The translations under genes and the position numbers were made by a program. From an uncultured Desulfarculus sp. (GTDB lineage: Bacteria > Desulfobacterota > Desulfarculia > Desulfarculales > Desulfarculaceae): DNA of 64,000 bases. Below, piece by piece: positions 10,217 through 20,703 of the stretch. Below the pieces are notes generated by a model. That model had not been told where the DNA came from. It did not search any database and saw nothing but the letters and a program-made list of their open reading frames with translations. Every line of letters begins with the position of its first letter. The stretch's first letter is position 1. The stretch spans positions 3,656,811 through 3,720,810 of the forward strand of contig CAXXUK010000001.1 of assembly GCA_963665125.2 (NCBI GenBank), in the 5' to 3' direction.

Positions 10217-11236
10217 ATGAGACAAATACTTAATAAATCAATAACTATCATTTTTTTTATTATAATTGTTATAGGATTAATTCCTGCTAAACCTGCTTCT
10301 GCAGAAAACAGAGCGATGGGAATGATTCTTGAGATCAATGGAAAGGCAAAAATCAAACAAAATAACATACTCAGTCCTGCCAATATTATGCAGCCCATTT
10401 ATGAAAACTCCATTATCTATACAGGAAAAGGCAGCACACTGAAATTTGCCGATTATAGGGATAAAAAGGAATATTTGATAGGAGATTATTCTTATATAAT
10501 TTTCAAATACGGTAAAGTCGAAATAAAGAGGGGAAGTCTCCAAAAAGTCTCAAGGGGAGGCAAGTTGCCCCTTCCTAAAAATACTGTTCTGGTATCCAGG
10601 AAAATAAGCGGCGTAGTCTATATGTATGTAGTGGACCCGGAAGTAAAGATTTCCTATCCCAAAGACAAGGCTCTTTTTGCTACGGATAATATCGAATTCA
10701 CCTGGAACGGGGATGGTGTGAAAGAATACGAGGTAATCATAATTGAAGTCGGGACCAATAGAATAATGAAACCATATCCCATAACCGTTAAAGACTATAA
10801 ATACAAATACTCACAGTCTAAAGATACACCCTTCCGTCTGGAATATGGAAAGAGCTATTTCTTTGTGGTTCGTCAGAAACCTGATAAAGAACTTATCGAA
10901 AAATACGGAAAAGACGGAGTATATGCCGATCAGGCACGGATAACCTTCTCGCTCCTGCCGGTAGATCAGGCAAAGAAAGTTCAGGAAGCTGAGAAAGCCT
11001 ACAGTGAAGTTATAAAGAAGAATCCTGATGATAAAACATCGATGTTGTTGATGGCTGATATGTATAAAGAAAATGGAATGTATCAGAATGCTGTTGATGT
11101 TTTGTATACCCTGAGAGATAAAGATCCTGAAAATCCCTATATTTATTATTATATTGCGGAAATGCTGGATGAGATGAAGCTTCCCGGTTCTGATGAGATA
11201 AGGGAGAAGGGGAAGAAGCTGGAGAAGAGACTGTAG
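10217..11236 (+). CDS. exported protein with FecR-like/Ig-like N-terminus and C-terminal TPR
   Basis: signal peptide; beta-rich middle; TPR-like helices near the C-terminus. Confidence 0.65.
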   Translation: MRQILNKSITIIFFIIIVIGLIPAKPASAENRAMGMILEINGKAKIKQNNILSPANIMQPIYENSIIYTGKGSTLKFADYRDKKEYLIGDYSYIIFKYGKVEIKRGSLQKVSRGGKLPLPKNTVLVSRKISGVVYMYVVDPEVKISYPKDKALFATDNIEFTWNGDGVKEYEVIIIEVGTNRIMKPYPITVKDYKYKYSQSKDTPFRLEYGKSYFFVVRQKPDKELIEKYGKDGVYADQARITFSLLPVDQAKKVQEAEKAYSEVIKKNPDDKTSMLLMADMYKENGMYQNAVDVLYTLRDKDPENPYIYYYIAEMLDEMKLPGSDEIREKGKKLEKRL

Positions 11237-11350
11237 ATGTGAAATATCACAGAATAAAGCGGATTAGAGTGCAGTATAAGTATGCTGAATTTTATTCTGA
11301 ATGAATACATTGGGGAATTCGGAAAATATATTTTTCCGAATTCCATGACC

Positions 11351-11375
11351 GGCAGATTGAAGTCTGCCTTTTTTT
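11351..11375 (+). terminator. Rho-independent terminator
   Basis: GGCAGA-ttgaag-TCTGCC followed by a T-run. Confidence 0.75.
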
Positions 11376-11485
11376 ATTTTTATCGGTAACTGTTTCTGAA
11401 GTAAATTTGACACGATAAATTTCCGGAAGCTTGATTCAAGAATCTTGCATGAATAAATGTAATATTAAATAAATATTGAAATAAC

Positions 11486-11526
11486 TTATCCACAGTATTG
11501 ATTTTTCAAGTATTATGTATTATAAT
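11486..11526 (+). promoter_or_regulatory. sigma70-type promoter with adjacent DnaA box
   Basis: TTATCCACA 11486-11494; TTGATT-17 bp-TATAAT 11498-11526. Confidence 0.5.
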
Positions 11527-11842
11527 GATAACACAAATAATATGTTTTACAATAACTGTAATTATGGCAAAAAGTAGTAATACTTCAATAATTGTCGATA
11601 ATAAGTTAATCACTCTGACTGTCCGGTTAACCGGAATTCCCCGGGAAATTGATAAGATTGATTTTGTATGACAATACTGATTATACGCTTACATTTATTC
11701 AGATTTAACCTGACGGAGGACGTTCCTGTCCGTTTTTACATTAATAAAATCCAGGCTCACAATTTCACACGGGAGAATCCAATATGATTCTTTATCTTCC
11801 ATTTCTACAACAGCAGGTATAAATATAGCAGGAGGTGATAAT

Positions 11843-11956
11843 ATGAAAAAAAACAAAGAGCTTCTGTTGTTGGCAGAAACTCTTATGCTTATGTCAGATA
11901 AGCTCTCTGAGATCTCTGTCAAGATTTATGAGCTAATCTGGCTTGAGAACAATTGA
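11843..11956 (+). CDS. 37-aa small protein (below ORF-track cut-off)
   Basis: perfect SD AGGAGGTGA; MKKNKELLLLAETLMLMSDKLSEISVKIYELIWLENN; hairpin plus T-run at the stop. Confidence 0.55.
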   Translation: MKKNKELLLLAETLMLMSDKLSEISVKIYELIWLENN

Positions 11957-12212
11957 TCATTTCAATGATCAACCGACTTTTTTATTCCGGGAAGTGTTAA
12001 CTTCCGGGTTTCATTTGTAACCATTATAACACTTGAATTTGAAAAATTCAAGTGTTTTTTGGTATATATTAATATATAAATTTATTCATATTTACCCTGA
12101 GGTAAAGCTGATTGTCCGATAATTTTTGTGCCTGCTTCGTTTAGTCTTGTGTTGAGTTTTTCATTAGTGCTGAAGCCAACTTTATCCGACAATAACTGTC
12201 GATTTCCTCAGA

Positions 12213-13055
12213 TTATTTTTTCTCTATCGAACCTGTTCCGGAAATTTCCTTTTTTACATTTTCAGGGTTGCCGTAATAATCGACACTGCCTGCGCCGGAT
12301 ATTTCCACATTCAGATTTTTTGATGCATATACCTGGGCACTGCCTGCCCCACTGATGGAAATGTCCACATCATCAGTTTTTAAATCCTTCATCTCTATGG
12401 AACCGGTCCCTGAGAGATTTACTTTTACTTTTTCACATTCTCCTTCGGCTTTGATATTGGAAGCTCCGCTGGATTCGAAGTCCAGTTCTTTGCACCCGGC
12501 GGATTTGATATCAACTTCGCCTGCTCCGCTCTGAGATATTTTAACATTCTCATTCTTCAGATTTATTATCTTGACATTTGCAGCCCCGGATGCACTCAAT
12601 TCATCGAGTTTTTCCAGGGAGATTTTAATGTCGGCTTTATTTTTATCGAAGGGATTGCCTAAAGAAGTAATATGAAGCGTATCGCCCTGGACTTCCGTCT
12701 CTATGGAAGAAATCAGGGTGCTGTCAGCCGATATTTCCACTTTCTGCTCCTTGCCGCATTCAATTTCCACATTGCCGGCTCCGTCGACCGCTATCCTGGT
12801 AAAGGGAGCAAGTTCACGAAAGTTTGAAGTGATATTTCCGGCTTTTTCAGCCTTATCAGGCTTACTTTTGAAGAGCTTGCCCAAAAGGGTTCCTCCTATC
12901 ATCAGTGTCCCCGCCAGAAAGAAGAAAGCTACCAGTAAGGCAATGAGGCTGTACATAAGGCAATTGCTCTTCGGTTTTGGAGCATTCTTCAGGTCAGCTT
13001 CCAATGCAGCCCTGTTTTTTTCGTTCTCCGACATATACTCGTTTTGATTCTCCAT
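12213..13055 (-). CDS. head GIN / DUF2807-like beta-helix membrane protein
   Basis: single TM segment, then repeated SGAG/SGTG beta-solenoid units ending V-x-YYGNP; ATG 13055 follows ggag. Confidence 0.85.
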   Translation of the reverse strand: MENQNEYMSENEKNRAALEADLKNAPKPKSNCLMYSLIALLVAFFFLAGTLMIGGTLLGKLFKSKPDKAEKAGNITSNFRELAPFTRIAVDGAGNVEIECGKEQKVEISADSTLISSIETEVQGDTLHITSLGNPFDKNKADIKISLEKLDELSASGAANVKIINLKNENVKISQSGAGEVDIKSAGCKELDFESSGASNIKAEGECEKVKVNLSGTGSIEMKDLKTDDVDISISGAGSAQVYASKNLNVEISGAGSVDYYGNPENVKKEISGTGSIEKK

Positions 13056-13076
13056 AATTCTCAACTCCAGTAAATT

Positions 13077-13835
13077 TTACTTTGCAGATTCAGGTTTTCC
13101 CACCTTGAATTTCTTCAGGATAAATGTAGCTCCTGCCGTTGAATCCATAGGATGGAGAGGAGTGCCCACTATTGTTGTTTCCTTGACCATTCCCACTCCC
13201 TTTGCAAACCAACGGATGGTTTTTAACTTGTCTCCCCTTGTGTTTTCCTGATATACTTCAAGTCTGAAGCAGTTGAAATCACCTGCCTCAGTCTTAACAA
13301 TTTCATTACCGGTTATCTCAAAAATATTGAAGCCTTTGAGTTTTTTCAGAGAGTTATCTTCCCATTCCCAGGATAATCCGTTTTTTAATGGGAATTTCAG
13401 AAGCAGATCCGGAGGTTGGGGAAAGAATTCTTTTGGCCCCATTGGGGTGAAGATTTCTCTCTTCCTGGAATATATGCCGTCACCGGGCCGGACTTCCAGG
13501 TAGTCTCTTCGGTTGATTCTGTTTCCCACAGAAGTCTCATAGATAAAGCAATTTACACCGTCAATCTTTGCTTTACCTGTAACTTTTATTGTTATGTCCG
13601 GTGCATCGGGGTCTTTGACAGACATTCCATAAATCCACCAGTTACCGGGCTGTAGCGGGAAATATTCTGATCTTCCATTTGTCTGAGAGGAAGAAGATTT
13701 TTTATCTGAACCCCTGATTCCCGGTTCTATGTTAATTTTCTTTTGTGCATAAGAAAGAGTGACCATGTTATTAAATAGAAACGCTGCAGTTAATATTATT
13801 AACACCGTCAAAAAGTATCGGATTTTTCTTTTCAT
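13077..13835 (-). CDS. exported protein, DUF3108/TapB-like beta fold
   Basis: YFPLQPGNWW, TEAGDFNCF, WFAKGVGMVKE; paralogue of the next gene. Confidence 0.65.
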   Translation of the reverse strand: MKRKIRYFLTVLIILTAAFLFNNMVTLSYAQKKINIEPGIRGSDKKSSSSQTNGRSEYFPLQPGNWWIYGMSVKDPDAPDITIKVTGKAKIDGVNCFIYETSVGNRINRRDYLEVRPGDGIYSRKREIFTPMGPKEFFPQPPDLLLKFPLKNGLSWEWEDNSLKKLKGFNIFEITGNEIVKTEAGDFNCFRLEVYQENTRGDKLKTIRWFAKGVGMVKETTIVGTPLHPMDSTAGATFILKKFKVGKPESAK

Positions 13836-13852
13836 TTGATATCCTCCCCGTG

Positions 13853-14662
13853 TCAGGACCCGGGTTTAAATTCCTTTAAAACAGTAGTGGAAGTCAATTT
13901 CTCCAGTTCCACGATTTCTTTAACCATGCCGGTCCCCTTTACATACCATTGGAGAGCACTGAATTCAGCTCCTGCCGCATTACCTTCGGGAGCTGAATTT
14001 CCTCCATGAGATTCGATTTTAAGAGCAGTGAATTTTCCTGCCGGAGTCTCAACTTCTTCTTCACCCCTCACCAAAAAAACAGCACTCTGGGTCATTCCCC
14101 CCATGTCTGCGCTTCTTGTCCAGCTTTTCCCGGGAGTAAGGGGAAACTCCATAATAACCTGTGGAGGATCGAGTTTTGCTTCTGTCATCTGCAAGTTGCC
14201 AACTTTGGGGTTGAATACGAAAAAATCCTGCCTGTGAAGGAGTAAGCCTTTCTCCGGGTTTACTTCATAGTATTCTCTTGGGTTCTGATCCTGGTTTGTA
14301 ACCGTTTCTTTTATGAAACAGTTGACTCCCCCGATATCCTGAACTCCTGCAATTTTAAAGGTAATCTCGGATTTGGAATCCTTTTCATTCGGTGTTGACT
14401 TCTCAGTGTTTTCTCCATCAGTCTTTTCCTTTTCAGGTTTTGCTGACTCGGTGGGAGAATCGGTCTTTGTTTTTTCAACTTCTTTACCATCAGAGTCTTT
14501 GGACTTTGTTTCCACTATGTATGTCCACTGATTTCCATTTTTGAAATTCAGGTAATCCTCAGATTTTGTTCCCGTTTTCTGTGAACAGGAAGACGCAATG
14601 AATGCTACGATTACAAAAAGGGACAATATGATTGTATTTAATACATGTTTCAGCTTAACCAT
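13853..14662 (-). CDS. lipoprotein, DUF3108/TapB-like beta fold
   Basis: lipobox-like ASSC; TPAGKFTAL, WYVKGTGMVKE. Confidence 0.65.
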   Translation of the reverse strand: MVKLKHVLNTIILSLFVIVAFIASSCSQKTGTKSEDYLNFKNGNQWTYIVETKSKDSDGKEVEKTKTDSPTESAKPEKEKTDGENTEKSTPNEKDSKSEITFKIAGVQDIGGVNCFIKETVTNQDQNPREYYEVNPEKGLLLHRQDFFVFNPKVGNLQMTEAKLDPPQVIMEFPLTPGKSWTRSADMGGMTQSAVFLVRGEEEVETPAGKFTALKIESHGGNSAPEGNAAGAEFSALQWYVKGTGMVKEIVELEKLTSTTVLKEFKPGS

Positions 14663-14713
14663 TAGAAATCCTCATTCTCCAGATAATTCATCACAGGACT
14701 TATGCATTTTTTA

Positions 14714-14783
14714 TTCCGAGCTTGCCGGGGAATCTCACAAGTATGGGGATCAATTAAAAGATCCTTCGATTTAACTCAGACAT
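14714..14783. repeat. degenerate REP-like doublet
   Basis: CCGAGCTTGCCGGGGAATCT ... AGATCCTTCGATTTAACTCAG; first arm recurs as CCGAGCTTACCGGGGAATCT at about 33128-33147. Confidence 0.45.
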
Positions 14784-15201
14784 CGGCTATATGGGCTATA
14801 TGTTTGTAAATTCTTAGAATAAACTTTTAAAGAACCTTTTACAGCCAATGCTTAGAACTTACCGCCAGTGGAAATAGGATGTCGGATGAAAGGAATTGAA
14901 AGTGCCTTCCATCGCCACTCTCTCTACAGACAGGGCATAGCGACAGGCTTTCCTTTTGTCTGATTTCTATTTTCCATACTCTTATATCAGGATTACATAT
15001 TGACGGCGTTTCTCTTAAAAATGCTTAAGTACTGTTATCAGATATTTGTATTGTACATCATTTTTAAAAAAAATGCCAGATTTCGCAAGTATTTTCAGGT
15101 AACCATAATAAAATTTCTCAAAACTCACAGGGTTCCTTTAAGATGAATAGAAATAAAGTTAAAATCGAGGGGATTTCCCCGATAATATGAGGTGTAACAG
15201 A

Positions 15202-15771
15202 ATGGAAAAAATCAGTATAGGAAATAATGTTTCCCCGTTTCCCATGCCTGTAACTCTGGTTGGAGCATTATTCAACGGCTCTCCCAATTTTATGGCGGTA
15301 TCCTGGATATCAAGGGTTAATAACAATCCACCCTTAATTGCTGTGGCAATAAACAGAACCCATGTTACCCATCATGCCATAAAAGAAAATGAAACATTCA
15401 GTATTAACCTTCCCGGTGAAGAGCTTCTGTTAAAAACTGATTACTGCGGTATCAAATCAGGGAAAAAGGTTGATAAATCAAAGCTTTTCGAAGTTTTTTA
15501 CGGTGAACTGGAAACAGCCCCCATGATTAAAGAATGCCCCCTGTGTCTGGAATGTGTTCTGGTGGACTCCGTCGCTTACGAAACCAACGAATTGTTCGTA
15601 GGGCAGATCGTTCAGGGTTTCAGTTCAGAGAAATATCTTACTGACGGGAAACCTGATGTGAAGAAAATGAATCCTTTTATTCTCACAATGCCCGACAACA
15701 CATACTACAGTATGGGTAAACCCATCGGTAAGGCATGGAAATCCGGATTGGAGCTGGATAAGGAGAAATAG
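15202..15771 (+). CDS. flavin reductase family protein
   Basis: PMPVTLV, FSINLP, CGIKSGKKVDK, APMIKECP; ATG 15202 follows gaggt. Confidence 0.9.
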   Translation: MEKISIGNNVSPFPMPVTLVGALFNGSPNFMAVSWISRVNNNPPLIAVAINRTHVTHHAIKENETFSINLPGEELLLKTDYCGIKSGKKVDKSKLFEVFYGELETAPMIKECPLCLECVLVDSVAYETNELFVGQIVQGFSSEKYLTDGKPDVKKMNPFILTMPDNTYYSMGKPIGKAWKSGLELDKEK

Positions 15772-15778
15772 TATTTCA

Positions 15779-17359
15779 ATGAAACCCCGGTTTTATCTTT
15801 TATTCTCGGCGATCATTCTTTTAGTTGGGTGCATCGGTGGGATCGTTTTCAGAGCCCCTATGAAGATGTATCCAATAAAGTTTGTCTGCAAAGACGGTAA
15901 AATGGGATATGCAAAGGTATATATTCCTGATACTCCTGAATCGGGCAAAAAATACCCTATTGTTTATTTGTGTCCGGGAATAATAACTCCTCATGATCGT
16001 ATGGATTATATAGCAGGGGAACTTTGTCGCAGGGGGTATGCCGCCTGTTCGGTTTTCATTCCCCTGTGGCAGCCGCGGAAAAACCTGGACACTTTAAGAT
16101 CTGCTATGAAATATGTCCGGGAAAATTATGGCATGATTGACCATAATAAAGCTGCAACCCTGGGGCATTCCCTTGGAGGAACCACAGCCGTTGACGCTTC
16201 ACTACAGGACCCTGCCATACAGGCTTGTTCATCGGTGGGATTTTATATTGGTGGTGAATTGACTCTGCAGCCAAAAAACCTGCTTCTGGCAACGGGCGCA
16301 CATGATGATCTAAATGATCCTGTAAAATTGAGAAGTTCCATAGCATCCCTCACCGATGGAAGAATTGCTGAAGAAGATATCCTGGTGGGTGATTTCAAAG
16401 ACAAATCCGCACGATACCTGTTTATTTCACCTTTCTCCGCGCATCACTCGGAAATGGTGGACTTTTACATAACCCAACAATTTCTCAACTGGCTCCACCT
16501 TTCCCTTTATGGAACTCCGGAACCTAACCTGGATATATATTTTGTAAAATATATCATCTTTGGTCAGATTCTGATGGCAGGTTTATATCTATGTCTTGTT
16601 CCCTTACTAATGTTTCTTGGGATAAAAATGGGGAAGAATTTTGGAAAGCTTATCCTTGCTATTCTTGTTCTTTCCACACTGGCTCTGGCATTTGCCCCTA
16701 TTCCCCCTGTTCCTTTTGCACGGGGAACAGTTTTCCTTTTTCTTGCATTTATAACCTCAACGTATTATTTGAAAAAACATTGTAACAATTTTAACGATTC
16801 ATATGGTGATTTTCTTGTTTTCGTGAAAAAAGCTTTTATTCTGGTGATTCTCTTTGTTATGGCAATGATTGTGAGTCAGTTTGTTTTCTCACTGAAACTT
16901 CTCCTTCAAAAGAAGGAATACCTGATGGGATTTCCCGGTTACATTATGGTTACTTTTCAGCTGGTTTCCTGTAATATCGCCCTTTCTGCCGTAAATTTTC
17001 TAAAACAGGTTGTCCCCTGGATATACCTGATCCTCTTTTCTCCTCTGTTATTGATTATTGGATGGGAAATTAAATACCCCGGCCGGTTTGGAGATCTCCT
17101 TGTTAATTGGCTTAATAAGATCGAGAGTTTCTGCCGCTTTAAAAAAGGAGTCAAGATCACTGGAAAACAGGTGACAATTTTACTGATTCTCCTGGTTCTT
17201 GCGGTTCTGTCGTGGTTCAGCCTCTATAGAGCAGGACTGTTCAAACCTATAATCATGGGACAATATTCCGGCTTTATTGTTCGTTACATTGCTTTGCCTA
17301 TTCTGCTTTTTGTGTTGTTTCAGAAAATTAAAATTGTAAAGAAGAGTCTGGGAAATTAA
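15779..17359 (+). CDS. alpha/beta-hydrolase with C-terminal multi-pass membrane domain
   Basis: nucleophile elbow GHSLGG, candidate Asp (HDD) and His (HHSE); several TM helices after residue ~255. Confidence 0.8.
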   Translation: MKPRFYLLFSAIILLVGCIGGIVFRAPMKMYPIKFVCKDGKMGYAKVYIPDTPESGKKYPIVYLCPGIITPHDRMDYIAGELCRRGYAACSVFIPLWQPRKNLDTLRSAMKYVRENYGMIDHNKAATLGHSLGGTTAVDASLQDPAIQACSSVGFYIGGELTLQPKNLLLATGAHDDLNDPVKLRSSIASLTDGRIAEEDILVGDFKDKSARYLFISPFSAHHSEMVDFYITQQFLNWLHLSLYGTPEPNLDIYFVKYIIFGQILMAGLYLCLVPLLMFLGIKMGKNFGKLILAILVLSTLALAFAPIPPVPFARGTVFLFLAFITSTYYLKKHCNNFNDSYGDFLVFVKKAFILVILFVMAMIVSQFVFSLKLLLQKKEYLMGFPGYIMVTFQLVSCNIALSAVNFLKQVVPWIYLILFSPLLLIIGWEIKYPGRFGDLLVNWLNKIESFCRFKKGVKITGKQVTILLILLVLAVLSWFSLYRAGLFKPIIMGQYSGFIVRYIALPILLFVLFQKIKIVKKSLGN

Positions 17360-17437
17360 CAGAATTGCTCTTCAGACGGTTTTTCTCTGACAAAGAAAGA
17401 GGAGTTAATCCAAGAGGCAGGCTGAAAGTTAATGAGA

Positions 17438-19213
17438 TCAGCCCTGTATCAGGGGAAGGGTGAAATGAAAAGTGGTTCCTGTGGGAGGCTCCGAGTGGAC
17501 TCCTATGGTTCCGTTCAGATTTTCTATAATCTGACGGCAAATTGCCAAACCCAAACCGAAACCTCCGCCATGCCTGGCTCTTGCCCTGTCAGCTCTGAAG
17601 AAACGTTCGAATACTCTTTCCATATTTTCAGGTGATATGCCCGGCCCTGTGTCTTCCACTTCCACACGACAGAAATTATCTTTTTTCATAAGTCTGACTA
17701 TAATTTTTTCTCCTTCAGGGGTGTAACGCATGGCATTATCGATGAGGTTTATCAGCACCTGCTGAACTCTGTCCATGTTTGCATAAGCGGGAGTATCACA
17801 TTTCAGGTCGGCAATAATGAGAATCTGTTTTTTTCTTGCCTGGGGTGTAAGTCTCTTTAAGACTTGAGTGGTCAGGTATTCCATATTAACCGGATGCTTT
17901 TCCATTTTAACCATACCCGATTCCATTTTGGAAAGGTCCAGGAGATCTTTAACCAATCTTGTGAGGCGGTCAACTTCCTTGTTGATGGAATCGAGAAATT
18001 CTTCCGCCCTGTCTTCTTTTAAAGCTCCATCCAGGAGAAGTTCCGCCAATCCTTTGATGGATGCCAGGGGTGTTCTTAATTCGTGGGAGACATTGGATAC
18101 AAACTCTGTTTTCATCTGATCCAGTCTGCGGAATTCCGTAACATCGTTCAGAATGATAACCATTCCGATGGGTCTGGAAGTTTTTGAAAACAGAGGTGTA
18201 ATATGGGCATCCACAGCTCTTTCTTCAGGGAATTCCTCCAGCTGTCCATGGACTTCCTTGTGATTTTCCGAGTCTTCCAGCAGGTGAAGAAGGGAATGAC
18301 CCGGCATGACTCTGGAAATATTTTTTCCGAGGATTTCCGAATCTCTGAGTCCCAGTAGTTTCATAGCGGTGTTGTTTATCATTATTATGGATCCTGAGAT
18401 GTCCACCACGACCACTCCTCCCGCCATGTTGTCAATTATAGCGGAGAGCTTGTTTCTCTCATCCATGAGGGCTTCCAGGGTTCCCTGAAGTTTTTCAGCC
18501 ATCATGTTGAATCGTTCCGCAAGAACACCGATTTCATTTCTGCCTGTTACTCCTGCTCTTTGATTCAGTTCTCCTCTTGCCATGTTTTCTGCAACCCTTG
18601 TTATCTCTGTAATGGGTTTTGTGATGTAGTGGGAAAATACTATGGCAAGAATCAGTGAAACCGCCAGTGAAATTAGGAACCCTGTAAAGAAGCGGTTTCT
18701 CAGTTCCAAAATGATGCTCTGCAGATATGTTTTTGATCGGGAAACATAGACAACGCCGATCACTCTGGTCTCCTTACCGTCGCTGGATGTTTCCTTGATG
18801 GGGTATGCACTGGAAAGATAGTCTTCCATATCCCCTGCGGCAGGTTTCCCCTTCATTGCTGATTTGACTTCGCTTCTCAGGTAGATGTTGGGATCGTAAG
18901 GGATGCTCTGGGGCCAGTTCCATACAGGAGAACCCCTCTCGCTAAGAATCACCACCTGGGATCCTGTCTGGTTGGATAGTCGCGTTATAATACCCCGATA
19001 GAAATATGTCTCTTTTCGGGTTAATGTCTCCAGCTGCTGCGTTCTGGGCCAGGCTTCAGCTATGGTGTAAGCCTGGGTGAAGAGTTCGTTCCCTGTGTAT
19101 CTTGTAAAATAATCGTCAAGATAACCCAGGAGATACGATCCCAGAACACCCATGGAGAAAATAATTATAAGAAAATATGTTAACGTGAGTTCCCATGCTA
19201 ATTTACGAAACAT
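17438..19213 (-). CDS. membrane sensor histidine kinase (HAMP-PAS-HisKA-HATPase; WalK/PhoR-like)
   Basis: two TM segments, HAMP (NEIGVLAERFN), PAS, SHELRTP, NAMRYT, DTGPG, GFGLGL. Confidence 0.93.
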   Translation of the reverse strand: MFRKLAWELTLTYFLIIIFSMGVLGSYLLGYLDDYFTRYTGNELFTQAYTIAEAWPRTQQLETLTRKETYFYRGIITRLSNQTGSQVVILSERGSPVWNWPQSIPYDPNIYLRSEVKSAMKGKPAAGDMEDYLSSAYPIKETSSDGKETRVIGVVYVSRSKTYLQSIILELRNRFFTGFLISLAVSLILAIVFSHYITKPITEITRVAENMARGELNQRAGVTGRNEIGVLAERFNMMAEKLQGTLEALMDERNKLSAIIDNMAGGVVVVDISGSIIMINNTAMKLLGLRDSEILGKNISRVMPGHSLLHLLEDSENHKEVHGQLEEFPEERAVDAHITPLFSKTSRPIGMVIILNDVTEFRRLDQMKTEFVSNVSHELRTPLASIKGLAELLLDGALKEDRAEEFLDSINKEVDRLTRLVKDLLDLSKMESGMVKMEKHPVNMEYLTTQVLKRLTPQARKKQILIIADLKCDTPAYANMDRVQQVLINLIDNAMRYTPEGEKIIVRLMKKDNFCRVEVEDTGPGISPENMERVFERFFRADRARARHGGGFGLGLAICRQIIENLNGTIGVHSEPPTGTTFHFTLPLIQG

Positions 19214-19483
19214 AGCATTTTCTTTCGACTCTGCTGAAATTTTGTCCTTTTTTGCCGGAAATATATAAACTATACTTTAAGAAATGTCCCGGATCTGTGT
19301 AATATGAATTGAGACACAGGTTAACTCAACAGGAAAAAAAGGTGATGGGTGTTCTCCGGCATGTTTTGAGTAAGCAATTGTTCCTGAATCTCCATATTGT
19401 TATTTGCCCCTTTCTATGTTATCATCAAAAATAGAAATTCGTATTTGATATTGGATAAATCAATAATCGGAGGTGGGTAGTCA

Positions 19484-20476
19484 ATGAAATATTCTATTGT
19501 TTGGGGAAAGAAATACCTGTATCTTTTTGTTATTACTCTTTTATTGTTTTTAATTAGTTCTTCCGCTTTTGCCCAGCAAAAGGTCTATACTCCCGAAGAG
19601 ATTCAGAGGAAAGTGCGGGACATGGAGAGTCTGAACCTGCTTAAAGGTTTAAACCTCAGCCCTCAGCAGATGAAGGATCTTCTGCCGCTCCTTTACGATT
19701 CCAGACTTGTCGAACAGGAAGTCTACGAAGGCTATAAGAAAGACAGCATTAAAGCTGCCAAAATGCTGGATATGCTGAAGGAAAAACTCAAGAGAGACCA
19801 GGGCATTGATGTGAAAACTGAGGAGTCGGTCTGGTTCTCACTGGGAACGCTTTATGAATATGAGTATGACCAATACCGGACAATGGAAAGGCTTATAAAG
19901 GATACCCACAAAATTCTGAATGAGAATCAGTTACGAATTATTTCTGATTATATGCCCTGTGTGATACCCTGGAGCACGGTAAAAGCTCCCGACAGAATCG
20001 GCCAATCGGGGAGTATAGCAAAATTGGAGACACTCCTGGATCATCTGAGAACACTGAAAGGTAAAGCTTATAAGGAAGCCAAGAGAGATTTTCTGGTGGA
20101 ACTGGACTGGAGAATGAGGATCGACCGTCGGGAAGACGACAGAGTCCGACAGATTCTGGTAAGGGAAGTCGACAGTAAGCTGGAAGAGATACACCGTATG
20201 CCGGAAAACGAATATCAGATAAGAAAGACGGATCTGGCTCAATCTGTTCGTCCTCCTGATCTGGAAATACTTCCGCCCCGTGTGGGAGAAGATCTGGATG
20301 AATATATCGCCGAGTATATTCTGAACCCTGCCAACATCGAGTATCTGCAGTTCCAGCTGGAAGCCCAGGGAATCAAGGATTATCCAAAACAGGATGATGA
20401 GATAGATGAAGATGTAAATAAGGACTTGAATGGAGATGATCACGAAAAGGATACAAAGTTCAAGGTGGAGGATTAG
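19484..20476 (+). CDS. exported helical hypothetical protein
   Basis: signal peptide ending AFA; RBS ggaggt; LNLSPQQ motif. Confidence 0.7.
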   Translation: MKYSIVWGKKYLYLFVITLLLFLISSSAFAQQKVYTPEEIQRKVRDMESLNLLKGLNLSPQQMKDLLPLLYDSRLVEQEVYEGYKKDSIKAAKMLDMLKEKLKRDQGIDVKTEESVWFSLGTLYEYEYDQYRTMERLIKDTHKILNENQLRIISDYMPCVIPWSTVKAPDRIGQSGSIAKLETLLDHLRTLKGKAYKEAKRDFLVELDWRMRIDRREDDRVRQILVREVDSKLEEIHRMPENEYQIRKTDLAQSVRPPDLEILPPRVGEDLDEYIAEYILNPANIEYLQFQLEAQGIKDYPKQDDEIDEDVNKDLNGDDHEKDTKFKVED

Positions 20477-20537
20477 CAGGGCCTGATCCCGGAATTTTGT
20501 TTGCCTGATAGTGGAGTATAAGAGTGAATATAAGAAT

Positions 20538-20588
20538 AAGGCGTGTCTGACCTGAATGAAAATTTCGCAGGTTGACAGGCCTTTTTTC
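20538..20588 (+). terminator. Rho-independent terminator
   Basis: imperfect hairpin AAGGCGTGTC...GACAGGCCTT plus T-run. Confidence 0.5.
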
Positions 20589-20703
20589 ATTCTGGAGTTT
20601 ACGGATCAGGGACGGAAGGATATTTAAGAAACCGGAAACAGGAAGTTTCAGGGAGTAACTCCATAACTTATGATATCACATATAAAAAGTTATGAAGAAC
20701 CAT

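Noticed and set aside
9859..10233. 124-aa ORF between cysS and the 10217 gene
   Set aside because: Covers divergent promoter DNA, has atypical composition and no motifs.
11400..11700. Replication origin
   Set aside because: AT-rich, but only one perfect DnaA box is evident and dnaA/dnaN are absent.
19931..20590. 219-aa antisense ORF and similar shadow ORFs across the window
   Set aside because: They lie opposite well-supported genes and show the Ile/Phe/Leu/Ser bias typical of antisense frames.
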